Positions 24,258 through 34,827 of a stretch of DNA of 36,117 nucleotides are shown here, piece by piece. The notes below the pieces were generated by a model. It saw only the letters and a list, made by a program, of their open reading frames with translations. It made no database searches and was not told the DNA's origin. Source of the DNA: a virus (taxonomy: Duplodnaviria; Heunggongvirae; Uroviricota; Caudoviricetes). The stretch spans positions 1 to 36,117 of the IMG/VR virus record IMGVR_UViG_2563366924_000002. The stretch is one strand, 5' to 3'. How positions within the stretch are numbered: position 1 is the stretch's first letter; each line of letters opens with the position of its first letter. Both the position numbers and the translations under genes were made by a program.

Positions 24258-27200
24258 ATGGCAACATTACGTGAGTTAATAATCAAAATTTCCGCTAACT
24301 CGCAGTCATTCCAGTCGGAAATTTCCCGCGCCTCACGCATGGGGCAGGATTATTACCGAACCATGCAAAATGGCGGTCGGCAGGCTGCCGCTGCCGCCCG
24401 AGAGAGCGAAAGGGCGTTATCTGATCTGACCGCTGGGTTTGCATCGGCAGGAAGAGCCGCTGCTGCTGCTACGGCCGCTTTTGCGACTGGTAAGCTCGTG
24501 CAGATTGCTGATGAGTGGAATTCAGTAAACGCCCGTCTTAAGCAGGCATCATCTTCAGCTGATGATTTTGCTGCCTCTCAGCGCCAGTTAATGGAAATCA
24601 GCCAAAGAACTGGCACCGCGTTTTCAGACAACGCAAACCTTTTTTCACGCGCAGCTGCTTCAATGCGTGAGTTTGGGTATAGCTCTGACGAAGTTCTGAA
24701 AATTACCGAAGCTGTTTCTACCGGCCTTAAACTTTCGGGGGCTAATACTCAGGAAGCGAGTTCTGTTATCACTCAATTCAGCCAGGCTCTGGCGCAGGGC
24801 GTTCTTCGCGGTGAAGAATTCAACGCCGTTAACGAAGCAGGTGATCGTGTTATCCGCGCACTTGCCGCCGGAATGGGCGTGGCCCGCAAAGACCTGAAGA
24901 GCATGGCTGACCAGGGGCAACTTACGATTGATAAGGTTGTTCCTGCATTAATGAGCCAGTTGGGCTCATTACAGGGTGAGTTTGCCAGCATGCCGCAAAC
25001 AGTTTCCGGATCCCTGCAAAAAGTCACAAACTCGTTCATGGCATGGGTTGGAGGTGTCAACCAGGCTACAGGTGCTACCGATGCGCTATCTGGTGGCCTA
25101 TACGGAGTTGCCCAAACGCTTGATTCATTTACCTCTTCGGCAGTAAGTGGCGCACTAAGTGATGTTGCAGACAATATGTCCACGATCACAACAGTGGCGG
25201 GTGCACTTGTTGGCGTTGGGCTGGCAAGGTATCTCAGTGGAGTAGTAACAAGCGCCACGAGCGCAACCGGCGCGCTAATTTCTGCGGCTAAGTCAGAGGT
25301 TGCTCTTGCCGTTGCACAGGATAAGGCTGCACAGTCTGCCGTTGCCGCCTCAAGGGCGGAGGTTTATAGGGCTCAGCAAGCTGTACAGAGATCGCGTAGC
25401 GCAGATGTTCAGGCTGCTCAGCAAGAGAAAATTGCCGCAGCAGAAGCAAAGGTTACAGCAGCTCAAGCCAGGCTGACTACTGCTCTTGCAACTGGTACCG
25501 CTACGGAAAAAGTCAGGGCCAGAACAGCTCTTGAGCGTGCTCAGGCAAGCCTGGTTGCAGCCAAAAATGCTGATGCTCAGGCCGTTTCTGAAAGGCGCCT
25601 TGCTGCTGCTCAGGCTGCCTTAAGTCGTAACCTTGCAAACCGTGTTTCAGCTCAAAGCAATCTCAATAGCGTTACATCAGTAGGCTCACGCCTTATGGGT
25701 GGGGCACTCGGGCTTATTGGTGGCGTGCCCGGGTTGGTAATGCTTGGGGCCGGTGCCTGGTATGCGATGTACCAAAACCAGGAGCAGGCCCGTCGTTCTG
25801 CCCAGGAATACGCCAGTCAAATTGACGAAATTAGAGAAAAAACATCCCGAATGTCTTTGTCGGAAACAGACGACAATAGGGGGAAAACTGTTGGTGCCCT
25901 AGTTGAGCAAAATCGCCTGGTTGATGAGCAATCCAGAAAAGTTGGTGAGCTGAAAGCTCAAATAGACGATTTGAATACTTCTCGCGGCAAACCAGGTATT
26001 ACCAGCGAGAACGATGCAAATATACTGAGAGCGATAGCTATTGTTACGGATCAACTTGCTGTTGAAGAGGGAAAATTAAATGACATGCGAGATAAATCTC
26101 GCGGCATACAGCAGGCTCTGGAAGAAATTGAACGGCGTCGTAATGATTTAATTCGCGAACAAGCCTGGCGACAAAATGCGGTATATCAGTCGATGATCAT
26201 GATGAATGGTCAACATACTGAATTTAACCGCCTGTTAGGGCTGGGCAATCAACTCCTTATGGTTCGCCAGGGGCTTGCTAATGTTCCGCTCAGACTTCCT
26301 CAGGCAGACCTCGACAAAAAGCAAACTGATGCTCTCGAAAAGAGTCGCCGGGATCTTGAGTTGTCACGCCTGAAGGGTGAGGCCAAAGAGCGCCTGCGTC
26401 TGAGTTATGCAGCCGATGACCTGGGGTTAACCAGTGATCCGCAATTCCAGACAGGCCGTCAGGAGTTGATTAATAACGGTCTTGCTGAATGGCGGAATAA
26501 TGAGGCCAACAAACCTAAGGCGAAGGGTGGTAAAACCGAAGGCGAGAAAACCGAGGATGTGTATAAGCGCCTTATCAAGCAGCAAAAAGAGCAGATTGCC
26601 CTGCAAGGCCAGAATACTGAACTGGCGAAGGTTAAATACCAGGTCAGCCAGGGCGAACTTGCTTCTCTGACAGAAGCCCAGAAAAAGACGGTATTGCAGA
26701 ATGCTGCGCTGATTGACCAGGTTAAATTACGTGAGCAACTGCGAAATTACGAAGCCAACCTTGCCGACAGTAACGCCAGCGCCCGCGCAGCCAATGAAGC
26801 GCAACTGCTGGGATACGGGCAGGGCTCCCGGTTCCGTGAAAGACTTCAGGAGCAGTTCAATCTGCGTAAGGAGTTTGAGCAGAAGAATACCGATCTTCTC
26901 CGCCAGCGTCAGGCTGGTGAAATCGACGAGACGTTCTATCAGCAGGGGCGGGCACTTAATAAGCGCTACCTCGAAGAGCGCCTGCGCGACCAGGAGGGAT
27001 ATTACGCAGCTTCTGATGCGCAGCGTGACGACTGGATGACGGGCTTGTCTGAAGGCTATGCAAACTGGGTGGATGAGGCGACGGATTATTCCTCTATGGC
27101 GGCAGATGGCATGAAGCAGGCTATGGGCGGGGCGGTTACCACCATTACTGACATGCTTAACGGTAACGTCGACAGCTGGAAAGACTGGGGCGTTAGTGTA

Positions 27201-27722
27201 CTGAAGATCATCCAGAATGTTCTGGTCAATATGGCTGTTGCCAACGGCGTCAGTTCGATTGGTTCTCTCTTCAGTTTCGGCGCATCTTCGGCAGCGACCG
27301 CCAGTAGCGGTACCGCTATTCAGAATGCTGGTGCTAACTTCACCTTTAATGCCAAAGGTAATGTTTACGACTCCCCATCCCTGAGCGCATACAGCAATGG
27401 CGTTTTTCAGACGCCTCAGCTGTTTGCTTTTGCCAAAGGTGCGGGGATTTTCGGCGAGGCAGGTCCTGAAGCCATTATGCCACTCACGCGGGCACCTAAT
27501 GGTGATCTTGCTGTTCGCGCAGTAGGGATGCCGCAGGTCTCTGGCGGCGTGCCTTCAGTTAACTTCGGCGATATCAATATTCAGGGCGGATCTCCACAGG
27601 CGTCCAGTCATGGTACTGCCGGAGCAGCAGGCTGGCAGCTTAAGGATGCCATCACTGGCGTCATTAACGAACAGGCCAGCATGCCTGGATCGCCTCTGTG
27701 GCGTTTAATCAAGGGGGTTTAA
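24258..27722 (+). CDS. Tail tape measure protein
   Basis: About 1150 aa, Ala/Gln-rich, coiled-coil; GGAG ribosome-binding site; precedes M-L-K-I. Confidence 0.9.
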   Translation: MATLRELIIKISANSQSFQSEISRASRMGQDYYRTMQNGGRQAAAAARESERALSDLTAGFASAGRAAAAATAAFATGKLVQIADEWNSVNARLKQASSSADDFAASQRQLMEISQRTGTAFSDNANLFSRAAASMREFGYSSDEVLKITEAVSTGLKLSGANTQEASSVITQFSQALAQGVLRGEEFNAVNEAGDRVIRALAAGMGVARKDLKSMADQGQLTIDKVVPALMSQLGSLQGEFASMPQTVSGSLQKVTNSFMAWVGGVNQATGATDALSGGLYGVAQTLDSFTSSAVSGALSDVADNMSTITTVAGALVGVGLARYLSGVVTSATSATGALISAAKSEVALAVAQDKAAQSAVAASRAEVYRAQQAVQRSRSADVQAAQQEKIAAAEAKVTAAQARLTTALATGTATEKVRARTALERAQASLVAAKNADAQAVSERRLAAAQAALSRNLANRVSAQSNLNSVTSVGSRLMGGALGLIGGVPGLVMLGAGAWYAMYQNQEQARRSAQEYASQIDEIREKTSRMSLSETDDNRGKTVGALVEQNRLVDEQSRKVGELKAQIDDLNTSRGKPGITSENDANILRAIAIVTDQLAVEEGKLNDMRDKSRGIQQALEEIERRRNDLIREQAWRQNAVYQSMIMMNGQHTEFNRLLGLGNQLLMVRQGLANVPLRLPQADLDKKQTDALEKSRRDLELSRLKGEAKERLRLSYAADDLGLTSDPQFQTGRQELINNGLAEWRNNEANKPKAKGGKTEGEKTEDVYKRLIKQQKEQIALQGQNTELAKVKYQVSQGELASLTEAQKKTVLQNAALIDQVKLREQLRNYEANLADSNASARAANEAQLLGYGQGSRFRERLQEQFNLRKEFEQKNTDLLRQRQAGEIDETFYQQGRALNKRYLEERLRDQEGYYAASDAQRDDWMTGLSEGYANWVDEATDYSSMAADGMKQAMGGAVTTITDMLNGNVDSWKDWGVSVLKIIQNVLVNMAVANGVSSIGSLFSFGASSAATASSGTAIQNAGANFTFNAKGNVYDSPSLSAYSNGVFQTPQLFAFAKGAGIFGEAGPEAIMPLTRAPNGDLAVRAVGMPQVSGGVPSVNFGDINIQGGSPQASSHGTAGAAGWQLKDAITGVINEQASMPGSPLWRLIKGV

Positions 27723-27724
27723 CC

Positions 27725-28063
27725 ATGGCAGTCGAAACCTTCAGCTGGTGCCCAAAGGTTGCCTCTCAGGTTGATACAAATTTTCGTACCCGAAAGGCAC
27801 AGTTTGGCGATGGCTATGCGCAGGTGGCCGGAGACGGTATCAACCCGGTAACACCTCAGTGGAGCGTGAGCTTTACCGGTGACGAGGCTTACATTCAGGC
27901 CATTAAAAACTTTCTCAACAGACATGCCGGGTGGAAGTCATTTATCTGGAAGCCGCCGCTTGAGCCTTCATGTTTATGGCGCGCGGAATCCTTCCAGATA
28001 TCTACCCACGGCAACAAAAAATACACCCTCAGCAGCACATTCATACAGGCATACCATCCATGA
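27725..28063 (+). CDS. M: Minor tail protein M
   Basis: FGDGYAQ and HAGWKSFIW parallel lambda gpM motifs FGDGYSQ and HGGWKSFLW. Confidence 0.85.
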   Translation: MAVETFSWCPKVASQVDTNFRTRKAQFGDGYAQVAGDGINPVTPQWSVSFTGDEAYIQAIKNFLNRHAGWKSFIWKPPLEPSCLWRAESFQISTHGNKKYTLSSTFIQAYHP

Positions 28064-28818
28064 GTATTTCATCTGATGTCCAGAAACTGGAACCGGGTAA
28101 GCGCGTCCGCCTGATCGAGGTGGACGGCTCAGCGTTCGGTGCGGGTATTCTTCGCTTTCACAACGAGACAATCCCGCATACCGAGGCGGAAATCATCGCC
28201 GCAGGCGGCGACGAGTCAAAACTTGAGCCGAAGTCGGTGTGGTGGCATGGGCAGGAGTATGGCGCGTGGCCGTATGAACTGACCGGCATATCTGTCAGCA
28301 GTGACGGGCAGAGTTCACGGCCGTCTCTCACCGTGGCAAACATCAGCGGCACGATTGGCGCGCTGTGCCGAAGATTTCAGGGGATGGCTAAAGCAAAGGT
28401 GATCATCCATGACACCTTTGCACACTACCTGGACGCAAGAAATTTTCCTGGCGGGAACCCGACTGCGAATCCAAACGAGGAGCGCAAACAGGTTTATTAC
28501 ATTGACCGTAAATCAGGGTCAGACGATGAAACCGTAGAGTTTGAGCTTTCCAGTCCAGCCGATCTGCGCGGGCAACTTATTCCGACCCGGCAAATTCAGC
28601 CAATGTGCACGTGGTGCATGCGGGGCTGGTACAAAACCGGGAACGGCTGCACCTACGCCGGGCAAAACGGCTGGTTCGATAAAGACGGCAACCGTGTGGA
28701 CGATCCTTCACAGGATGTTTGCTCCGGACTGCTGTCAACGGGCTGCAAACCTCGTTTCGGAGAGAATGAGCAGCTGGATTATGGCGGGTTCCCCGGGGCT
28801 TCACTTCTGAGAGGATAA
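28060..28818 (+). CDS. L: Minor tail protein L
   Basis: SSRPSLTVANISG and C-terminal CTWxxRG...C motifs parallel lambda gpL; ATGA overlap with M. Confidence 0.85.
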   Translation: MSISSDVQKLEPGKRVRLIEVDGSAFGAGILRFHNETIPHTEAEIIAAGGDESKLEPKSVWWHGQEYGAWPYELTGISVSSDGQSSRPSLTVANISGTIGALCRRFQGMAKAKVIIHDTFAHYLDARNFPGGNPTANPNEERKQVYYIDRKSGSDDETVEFELSSPADLRGQLIPTRQIQPMCTWCMRGWYKTGNGCTYAGQNGWFDKDGNRVDDPSQDVCSGLLSTGCKPRFGENEQLDYGGFPGASLLRG

Positions 28819-28820
28819 TC

Positions 28821-29531
28821 ATGCGCGACAAAACAGTTAGCGCCATTCTGGCGCACGCGGCCGCATCGTGTCCAGACGAATGCTGTGGCGTTGTCATACA
28901 GAAGTGGCGAGTAGAGAAATACATCCCTTGCAGAAATCAGGCTGAATCCCCGACTGAGCAGTTTGAATTGTCTCCTGAAGATTATGCAGCGGCTGAAGAG
29001 CAGGGCACAGTAGTTGCTATCGTGCACAGCCATCCTGGTGACGGCGCGACAACCCAGCCCAGTGAACTCGACATGCTGATGTGCGATGCCACTGAATTGC
29101 CCTGGGTAATTGCATCCTGGCCTGAAGGGGATATTCGTACCGTCATGCCTCGTGGTGATCGCCCGTTAACTGGTCGCCAGTTTGTGCTCGGTCACGCCGA
29201 CTGCTGGTCTCTCATCATGGATTACTTCCGTACTGAGCACGGTATTACGTTACCGAATTACAGCGTGGATCGTCACTGGTGGGAGCAGGGCGAAAACCTC
29301 TACATGGACAACTGGTATGAGTGTGGATTCAGGGAGTTCGACGGGCCTTCCCAGCCAGGTGACATGGTGATCATGCAGGTACAGTCCGCAGTCCCAAACC
29401 ACGCGGGTATTTTGCTTGAGGGTAATGTGCTCCTTCACCACATGTATGGCCAGCTAAGTCAGCGCATTCCATACGGTGGCTATTATCGTGACCGTACCAT
29501 CAAAATTCTGCGCTATAAGGATTTGATGTAA
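28821..29531 (+). CDS. K: Tail assembly protein K (JAB/MPN plus NlpC/P60 domains)
   Basis: JAMM-like HSHP...S..D motif; Cys/His peptidase C-terminal region. Confidence 0.9.
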   Translation: MRDKTVSAILAHAAASCPDECCGVVIQKWRVEKYIPCRNQAESPTEQFELSPEDYAAAEEQGTVVAIVHSHPGDGATTQPSELDMLMCDATELPWVIASWPEGDIRTVMPRGDRPLTGRQFVLGHADCWSLIMDYFRTEHGITLPNYSVDRHWWEQGENLYMDNWYECGFREFDGPSQPGDMVIMQVQSAVPNHAGILLEGNVLLHHMYGQLSQRIPYGGYYRDRTIKILRYKDLM

Positions 29532-30118
29532 TGGAAAGAAAAACCGTCATTAAACTCAGTGGTTCAATGGCTCAGCGATTTGGCAGGACCCACCGCCGCG
29601 CGTTAACGTCTGCCAGTGAGGTATTCAGGGCGCTATCTAACACAATTGATGGATTTGATGCCTACCTGCGTGAGACCAGAGCGAAGGGGCTGGACTTTGT
29701 CATCTTCCGAAACCAAATAAACATAGGAAAGGAAGAGTTTGATCTTCTTGGACCTGGCGATGAACTTCGCATTATCCCTGTAATACGCGGCAGTAAAAGG
29801 GCGGGCCTCTTTCAAATTGTTACTGCCGCCGCAATTGCGGCTTTTACCTGGTGGAACCCAATAGGATGGGCAGCAGGTACACAAATGGCGCTATATGCCG
29901 CAGCTGGTTCTATGGCTGTGGGTGGTGTAGTGCAAATGCTTTCCCCTCAGGTTGCTGGTCTGAGGATGCGACAGGACCCAGATAATAAGCCTTCCTATGC
30001 GTTTGGCGGACCCGTCAATACTACGGCATCCGGTAACCCCGTTCCTTTGCTTTACGGACAGAGGGAAATAGGCGGTGCGATTATCTCAGCCGGGATTTAT
30101 GCAGAAGATCAGCAATAA
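29531..30118 (+). CDS. I: Tail assembly protein I
   Basis: 195 aa; position between K and J. Confidence 0.8.
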   Translation: MERKTVIKLSGSMAQRFGRTHRRALTSASEVFRALSNTIDGFDAYLRETRAKGLDFVIFRNQINIGKEEFDLLGPGDELRIIPVIRGSKRAGLFQIVTAAAIAAFTWWNPIGWAAGTQMALYAAAGSMAVGGVVQMLSPQVAGLRMRQDPDNKPSYAFGGPVNTTASGNPVPLLYGQREIGGAIISAGIYAEDQQ

Positions 30119-30135
30119 ACCAAACTACCCATTTC

Positions 30136-30160
30136 AAGCCACCTGACGGTGGCTTCTTTT
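30136..30160 (+). terminator. Hairpin plus T-run between I and J (possible attenuator)
   Basis: agccacctgacggtggct followed by TCTTTTAT. Confidence 0.4.
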
Positions 30161-30171
30161 ATGGACGCGAT

Positions 30172-33100
30172 ATGACGACGACGATCATCAAAGGCCGCGG
30201 TAAAGGTGGCAGCAATCAGACCCGAACACCCGTTGAAGCACCGGACAGCATTCAGTCCATTGCAAGGGCAAAGGTGCTGATTGCGCTTGGAGAGGGTGAG
30301 TTCGCTGGCGGGCTTGATGGTAAAAACATTTTTCTTGGTGACTCATCTTCGTACACGCCTCTTCAGAACGCCGACGGAAGTTATAACTTCAATAATGTGA
30401 AATATGAGTTCCGTTCCGGTACTCAGGACCAGGACTACATTCAGGGCTTCCCCGGCATTGAAAACGAACTTCAGGTTTCATACGAGCTGAAACAGGCTGT
30501 GCCGTACGTGCGCGCGGTATCCAACACGCAGCTCTCTGCGCTGCGAATTCGCCTGGGATGGCCAACTCTCTTGCTCCAGAAAAACAACGGCGACAAAGTC
30601 GGCACCCGCGTCGAGTATGCTATCGATCTGTCGGTAGATGGCGGGCCGTATGAAACGGTGGTTAACGGTGCTGTCGATGACAAAACCACGTCGCTTTATG
30701 AGCGCAGTCACCGCGTTAACCTTCCAAAATCCTCGACTGGCTGGCAGTTACGGGTTCGCAGAATCACGCCGGATTCCACGAGCGTGAATATCGTGGACAC
30801 CATGCGCGTTGTAGCTGTAACTGAAATTATTGACGCCAAACTTCGCTACGTTAACACAGCGCTGCTGTATGTAGAGTTTGACGCAAAGCAGTTCCCTAAT
30901 GGCATTCCTCAGGTTGTGTGCAATCCGAAGGGGAGAATCATCCGTGTACCTGATACCTACGATCCTGAAACCCGCACTTACTCTGGTACATGGGAAGGTG
31001 TGTTTAAATGGGCATGGACGGATAACCCAGCCTGGATTTATTACGACATCATTCTGAACGAGCGTTTCGGGCTGGGGCAAAGAATCGATGCGACTCAGAT
31101 AGACAAGTGGGAACTTTATCGCATCGCCCAGTATTGCGATCAGCTGGTACCAGACGGCAAGGGCGGCAGCGGGACGGAGCCGCGTTTTCGTTGCAACGTT
31201 TATATCCAGGACCGTAATGACGCCTGGACCGTACTTCGTGATCTGGCGGGTATATTTCGCGGCATGACGTACTGGGGTGACAATAAGATGTATGTCCTGG
31301 CTGATATGCCCCGCGATGTGTGGCATATCTATAACCACGCCAGCGTAGTTGAGGGTAAATTTACCTTTGCGGACCCGAGTGAAACCACCCGAAACACTGC
31401 CGCGCTGGTGAACTGGTCAGACCCTGCCAACCACTACAAAGATACGCCTGAGCCTGTTTACGATAGCGATCTGGCCATGCGCTTCGATTATCGTCAGCTC
31501 GAAATGACTGCGATCGGCTGCACCAGGCAGTCAGAGGCAAACCGGCGGGGGCGCTGGGCGCTGCTTACCAACGGTATCGGCGAGGTGGTGACCTTCAGCA
31601 CAGGCATGGACGTCCCCCCTGTTGGTGAGGTGATCGGCGTGGCTGCTAACGAGCTGGCCGGAAGAACTATCGGCGGCAGGGTGAGTGCGGTTAACGGCCG
31701 CAACATAACCCTCGATCGCGCTGCTGATGTGAAAGCCGGTAACAGGCTGTTTTTGAATCTTCCGTCAGGCACAGCTCAGGCCAGAACCGTCCAGGCCGTT
31801 AACGGAAACACAGTCACTGTCACCACACCCTACAGCGAAACGCCGGAGGCTGAATGTAACTGGGGTGTGGACTCTGACGATCTGTTTATAGCGCTTTTCC
31901 GTGTTACGGGAACGCGGGACAACAACGACGGTACTTTCGAGGTCACCGGGACGACTTACAACCCTGATATCTATTCCGCTGTTGATACCGGCGCAAGACT
32001 GGACGAGCGGCCAGTCAGTGTCATTCCGCCAGGGGTTCAGGCTCCCCCAGGAAATATCGTCGTAGACAGTTACTCTACGGTTAACCAGAACATTGCGATT
32101 ACCACCATGCGCGTTGCCTGGGATGCTGTTCAGGGTGCAGTTGCGTACGAGGCGGAATGGCGGCGTGACAGCGGCAACTGGATTAGTGTGCCACGAACGT
32201 CTTCTCTCGGCTTTGAAGTGCAGGGTATCTACTCGGGTCGCTATCTGGTCCGCGTCAGGGCGGTGAACGCCAGCGACGTTTCATCAGTGTGGTCGACATC
32301 ACCAGAAGTAAATCTTACGGGTAAAGTGGGCAATCCACCGAAGCCGGTTGGCTTCATCGCTTCTGAAAATGTGGATTTCGGCATCGAGCTGAACTGGGGA
32401 TTCCCGGCGAATACCGACGACACGCTGAAGACGGAAATTCAGTACAGCCTGACCGGAACCGAGGACGATGCGATGCTGCTGGCCGATGTGCCTTATCCGC
32501 AGCGCAAATATCAGCAGATGGGCCTCAAGGCTGGGCAGATTTTCTGGTACCGCGCTCAGCTGGTGGACCGCAGCGGCAACGAATCAGGGTACACAGAATG
32601 GGTGCGAGGACAGGCCAGCATCGATGTTTCCGACATCACAGATGTGATCCTGGAGGACATGAAAGGCTCCGATACGTTCAAAGACATGATCGAGAACGCT
32701 GTGGACAGCAATGAAAAAATTGCTGGCATGGCTGACGAAATTAAAAACCATGCCGACGAACTCGAGCAGCAGGCGAAAGACATCCTGGAGAACGCTGACG
32801 GGCTGGCTCAGGCCGAAGTGAAGATCGACGAGATTTCTGTGTCGATGGACGGCATGACGGGCGGGGTGAAGAACTCTGCAATTGCGATAATCCAGGCCAA
32901 CCTCGCTCAGGTGGCCACGCGTAAAACCCTTTCTGCATCGGTCGCCGGCAACAGCGCGAATCTGGACCGTATTGATGAGGTGATTGCCAACGACAGGGAG
33001 GCAACGGCGCGCTCGCTGCTGAGCCTGCAGACGGACGTTAACGGCAACAAGGCATCCATCAACAGCCTGAACCAGACGTTCTCCGACTATCAGCAGGCCA

Positions 33101-34026
33101 CCGCCACGCAGATAAACGGCATTACGGCTACGGTGAACGGGCATACCTCAGCCATCACCACTAATGCTCAGGCGATAGCCAACGTTAATGGCGACCTCAG
33201 CGCGATGTATAACATCAAGGTTGGCGTTTCCAGCAACGGTCAGTATTACGCCTCGGGCATGGGGATTGGCGTTGGGAACACGCCGTCAGGCATGCAGTCG
33301 CAGGTTATCTTCCTGGCTGACCGCTTCGCCGTCACCACGGCAGCCGGAAATAGCGTAGCTTTGCCGTTCGTGATCCAGAACGGGCAGACATTCATCCGGG
33401 CCAGCTTCATCCAGGACGGCACCATTGAGAACGCCAAAATCGGCAACTATATCCAGTCCAACAACTATGCAGCTGGTTCTGCTGGCTGGAAGTTGAATAA
33501 AGCTGGAGATGCTGAATTCAACAATGTGACCGTCAGAGGTGTAGTATATGCTAGTGGCGGTAGCTTTACTGGTGAGATCCAAGCAACAAGCGGTAAGTTC
33601 AAAGGAACTGTAGAAGCGCAAAGTTTTATCGGTGATGTATGTAACATGGGTGTTGCTGACGATTTATACGGCGAAGGTAGTACATTTGACATGACGCGTA
33701 CAATCACCTATATGGATACAGCTAATACAACCAAGACCATCACAGTCATGGCTAACATTTCTGGTGTTCCTAACTATCCAGGGTCGTTACTAGGGGTGGA
33801 GATCACCGTGAATGGTGTTACAAAAAGCGCATCCGCAGGTACATCCATTCGGGATTCAGAAAGAGGTATGCTGTCCACGTCTGGTACAGTTATGGCCACT
33901 TTTATAGGTGTTACTTCGGCAACTGTAACTGCAAAAATTGTATTTAAGCAGGGCGCTACTAAAAGATGGCTAAGAAGTCCAACCATGATTGTGACAAGGG
34001 GATCAGGATCATTTAGTTACTCATAA
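30172..34026 (+). CDS. J: Host specificity protein J (central tail fibre)
   Basis: 1284 aa; conserved N-terminal two thirds; compositionally distinct AT-rich C-terminal region. Confidence 0.9.
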   Translation: MTTTIIKGRGKGGSNQTRTPVEAPDSIQSIARAKVLIALGEGEFAGGLDGKNIFLGDSSSYTPLQNADGSYNFNNVKYEFRSGTQDQDYIQGFPGIENELQVSYELKQAVPYVRAVSNTQLSALRIRLGWPTLLLQKNNGDKVGTRVEYAIDLSVDGGPYETVVNGAVDDKTTSLYERSHRVNLPKSSTGWQLRVRRITPDSTSVNIVDTMRVVAVTEIIDAKLRYVNTALLYVEFDAKQFPNGIPQVVCNPKGRIIRVPDTYDPETRTYSGTWEGVFKWAWTDNPAWIYYDIILNERFGLGQRIDATQIDKWELYRIAQYCDQLVPDGKGGSGTEPRFRCNVYIQDRNDAWTVLRDLAGIFRGMTYWGDNKMYVLADMPRDVWHIYNHASVVEGKFTFADPSETTRNTAALVNWSDPANHYKDTPEPVYDSDLAMRFDYRQLEMTAIGCTRQSEANRRGRWALLTNGIGEVVTFSTGMDVPPVGEVIGVAANELAGRTIGGRVSAVNGRNITLDRAADVKAGNRLFLNLPSGTAQARTVQAVNGNTVTVTTPYSETPEAECNWGVDSDDLFIALFRVTGTRDNNDGTFEVTGTTYNPDIYSAVDTGARLDERPVSVIPPGVQAPPGNIVVDSYSTVNQNIAITTMRVAWDAVQGAVAYEAEWRRDSGNWISVPRTSSLGFEVQGIYSGRYLVRVRAVNASDVSSVWSTSPEVNLTGKVGNPPKPVGFIASENVDFGIELNWGFPANTDDTLKTEIQYSLTGTEDDAMLLADVPYPQRKYQQMGLKAGQIFWYRAQLVDRSGNESGYTEWVRGQASIDVSDITDVILEDMKGSDTFKDMIENAVDSNEKIAGMADEIKNHADELEQQAKDILENADGLAQAEVKIDEISVSMDGMTGGVKNSAIAIIQANLAQVATRKTLSASVAGNSANLDRIDEVIANDREATARSLLSLQTDVNGNKASINSLNQTFSDYQQATATQINGITATVNGHTSAITTNAQAIANVNGDLSAMYNIKVGVSSNGQYYASGMGIGVGNTPSGMQSQVIFLADRFAVTTAAGNSVALPFVIQNGQTFIRASFIQDGTIENAKIGNYIQSNNYAAGSAGWKLNKAGDAEFNNVTVRGVVYASGGSFTGEIQATSGKFKGTVEAQSFIGDVCNMGVADDLYGEGSTFDMTRTITYMDTANTTKTITVMANISGVPNYPGSLLGVEITVNGVTKSASAGTSIRDSERGMLSTSGTVMATFIGVTSATVTAKIVFKQGATKRWLRSPTMIVTRGSGSFSYS

Positions 34027-34029
34027 AAT

Positions 34030-34058
34030 AAGGGCCTTATGGCCCTTATTTATTATTT
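34030..34058 (+). terminator. Hairpin plus AT-rich run after J
   Basis: aagggccttatggccctt followed by ATTTATTATTT. Confidence 0.45.
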
Positions 34059-34317
34059 ACAACCTTCAGACCAACCAACACGGTTCATAGCTGGTGAGCA
34101 ATCAGGTTTAACTTTTTTACCTTTCATCCACTCAGCTTTAGCTTTACCAGCGGTAGTGCCTTCATAGATGGCAGTCTGGTGCTCAATATTAATGCCCACC
34201 TAGTGATGAACCACCGGCTCCACCATTACCTGGGCCACCAGTACCACTGGAATGACCAGTTGCATAAGCAAAAGTAGCAGTCATAGAAAGAATAATGGCG
34301 CAGATTAAAGTCTTCAT
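34053..34317 (-). pseudogene. Small secreted Gly-rich protein gene, apparently disrupted by a frameshift (two consecutive frames)
   Basis: Minus-strand AGGAG ribosome-binding site and ATG at 34317; signal peptide MKTLICAIILSMTATFAYA; stop at 34189; adjacent frame continues open to 34053. Confidence 0.35.
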
Positions 34318-34397
34318 TTCGAACTCCTTTATGTTTGTGTGTAACAACTATATAGGGATATAATTTAAGATGTAAACCCCGATCTTATATAAGGGCA

Positions 34398-34505
34398 CAA
34401 CTCATGGCAATTCGTTTACAAGGTATTTTAGTTGATGGATTGAATAAACCAATCGTCAACGCAAACGTCTTCTTACTTGCACGAAGCCATTCATTTTTGA
34501 TGGGA
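34398..34505 (+). pseudogene. Remnant of a side tail fibre (Stf-like) N-terminus
   Basis: MAIRLQGILVDGLNKPIVNANVFLLARS parallels the Stf N-terminus MAVKISGVLKDGTGKPVQNCTIQLKAR as recalled; frame collapses after 35 codons. Confidence 0.4.
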
Positions 34506-34827
34506 CAATAAATATCGCCAATGCGAACCTGAATATTGGTGATGAATTTTGCCAGATTGTTTATACCGGGGCTAACTGTCGACACGTTGGTGGTTACGGA
34601 AATATTAGGTATAAAGGAATTGTAATGACAGGTGGGAATGTCATAGCGGAAAGGAATAAAGTAGTCGGCAATTATTATTTGGGTGGGTGGTCAATGGCAT
34701 TTGATACAACTATAGCTATGCCAACACTGGCGTTGCCCAACATGTATTAAAAACCAATTCAGAAATTATTTCTGGTGATGGTTATATACCTCTCCGGGAT
34801 TCATGTTGTCTAAATTTAGGAGTTGTT

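Noticed and set aside
24773-25258. 161-aa minus-strand ORF inside the tape measure gene
   Set aside because: Antisense frame artefact within a long Ala-rich gene.
30748-33144. Several minus-strand ORFs of 186-196 aa inside the J gene
   Set aside because: Antisense to the well-supported J reading frame; no independent start signals.
34385-34585. 66-aa minus-strand ORF in the tail-fibre remnant region
   Set aside because: Overlaps the decayed Stf-like remnant on the opposite strand; no ribosome-binding site; likely spurious.
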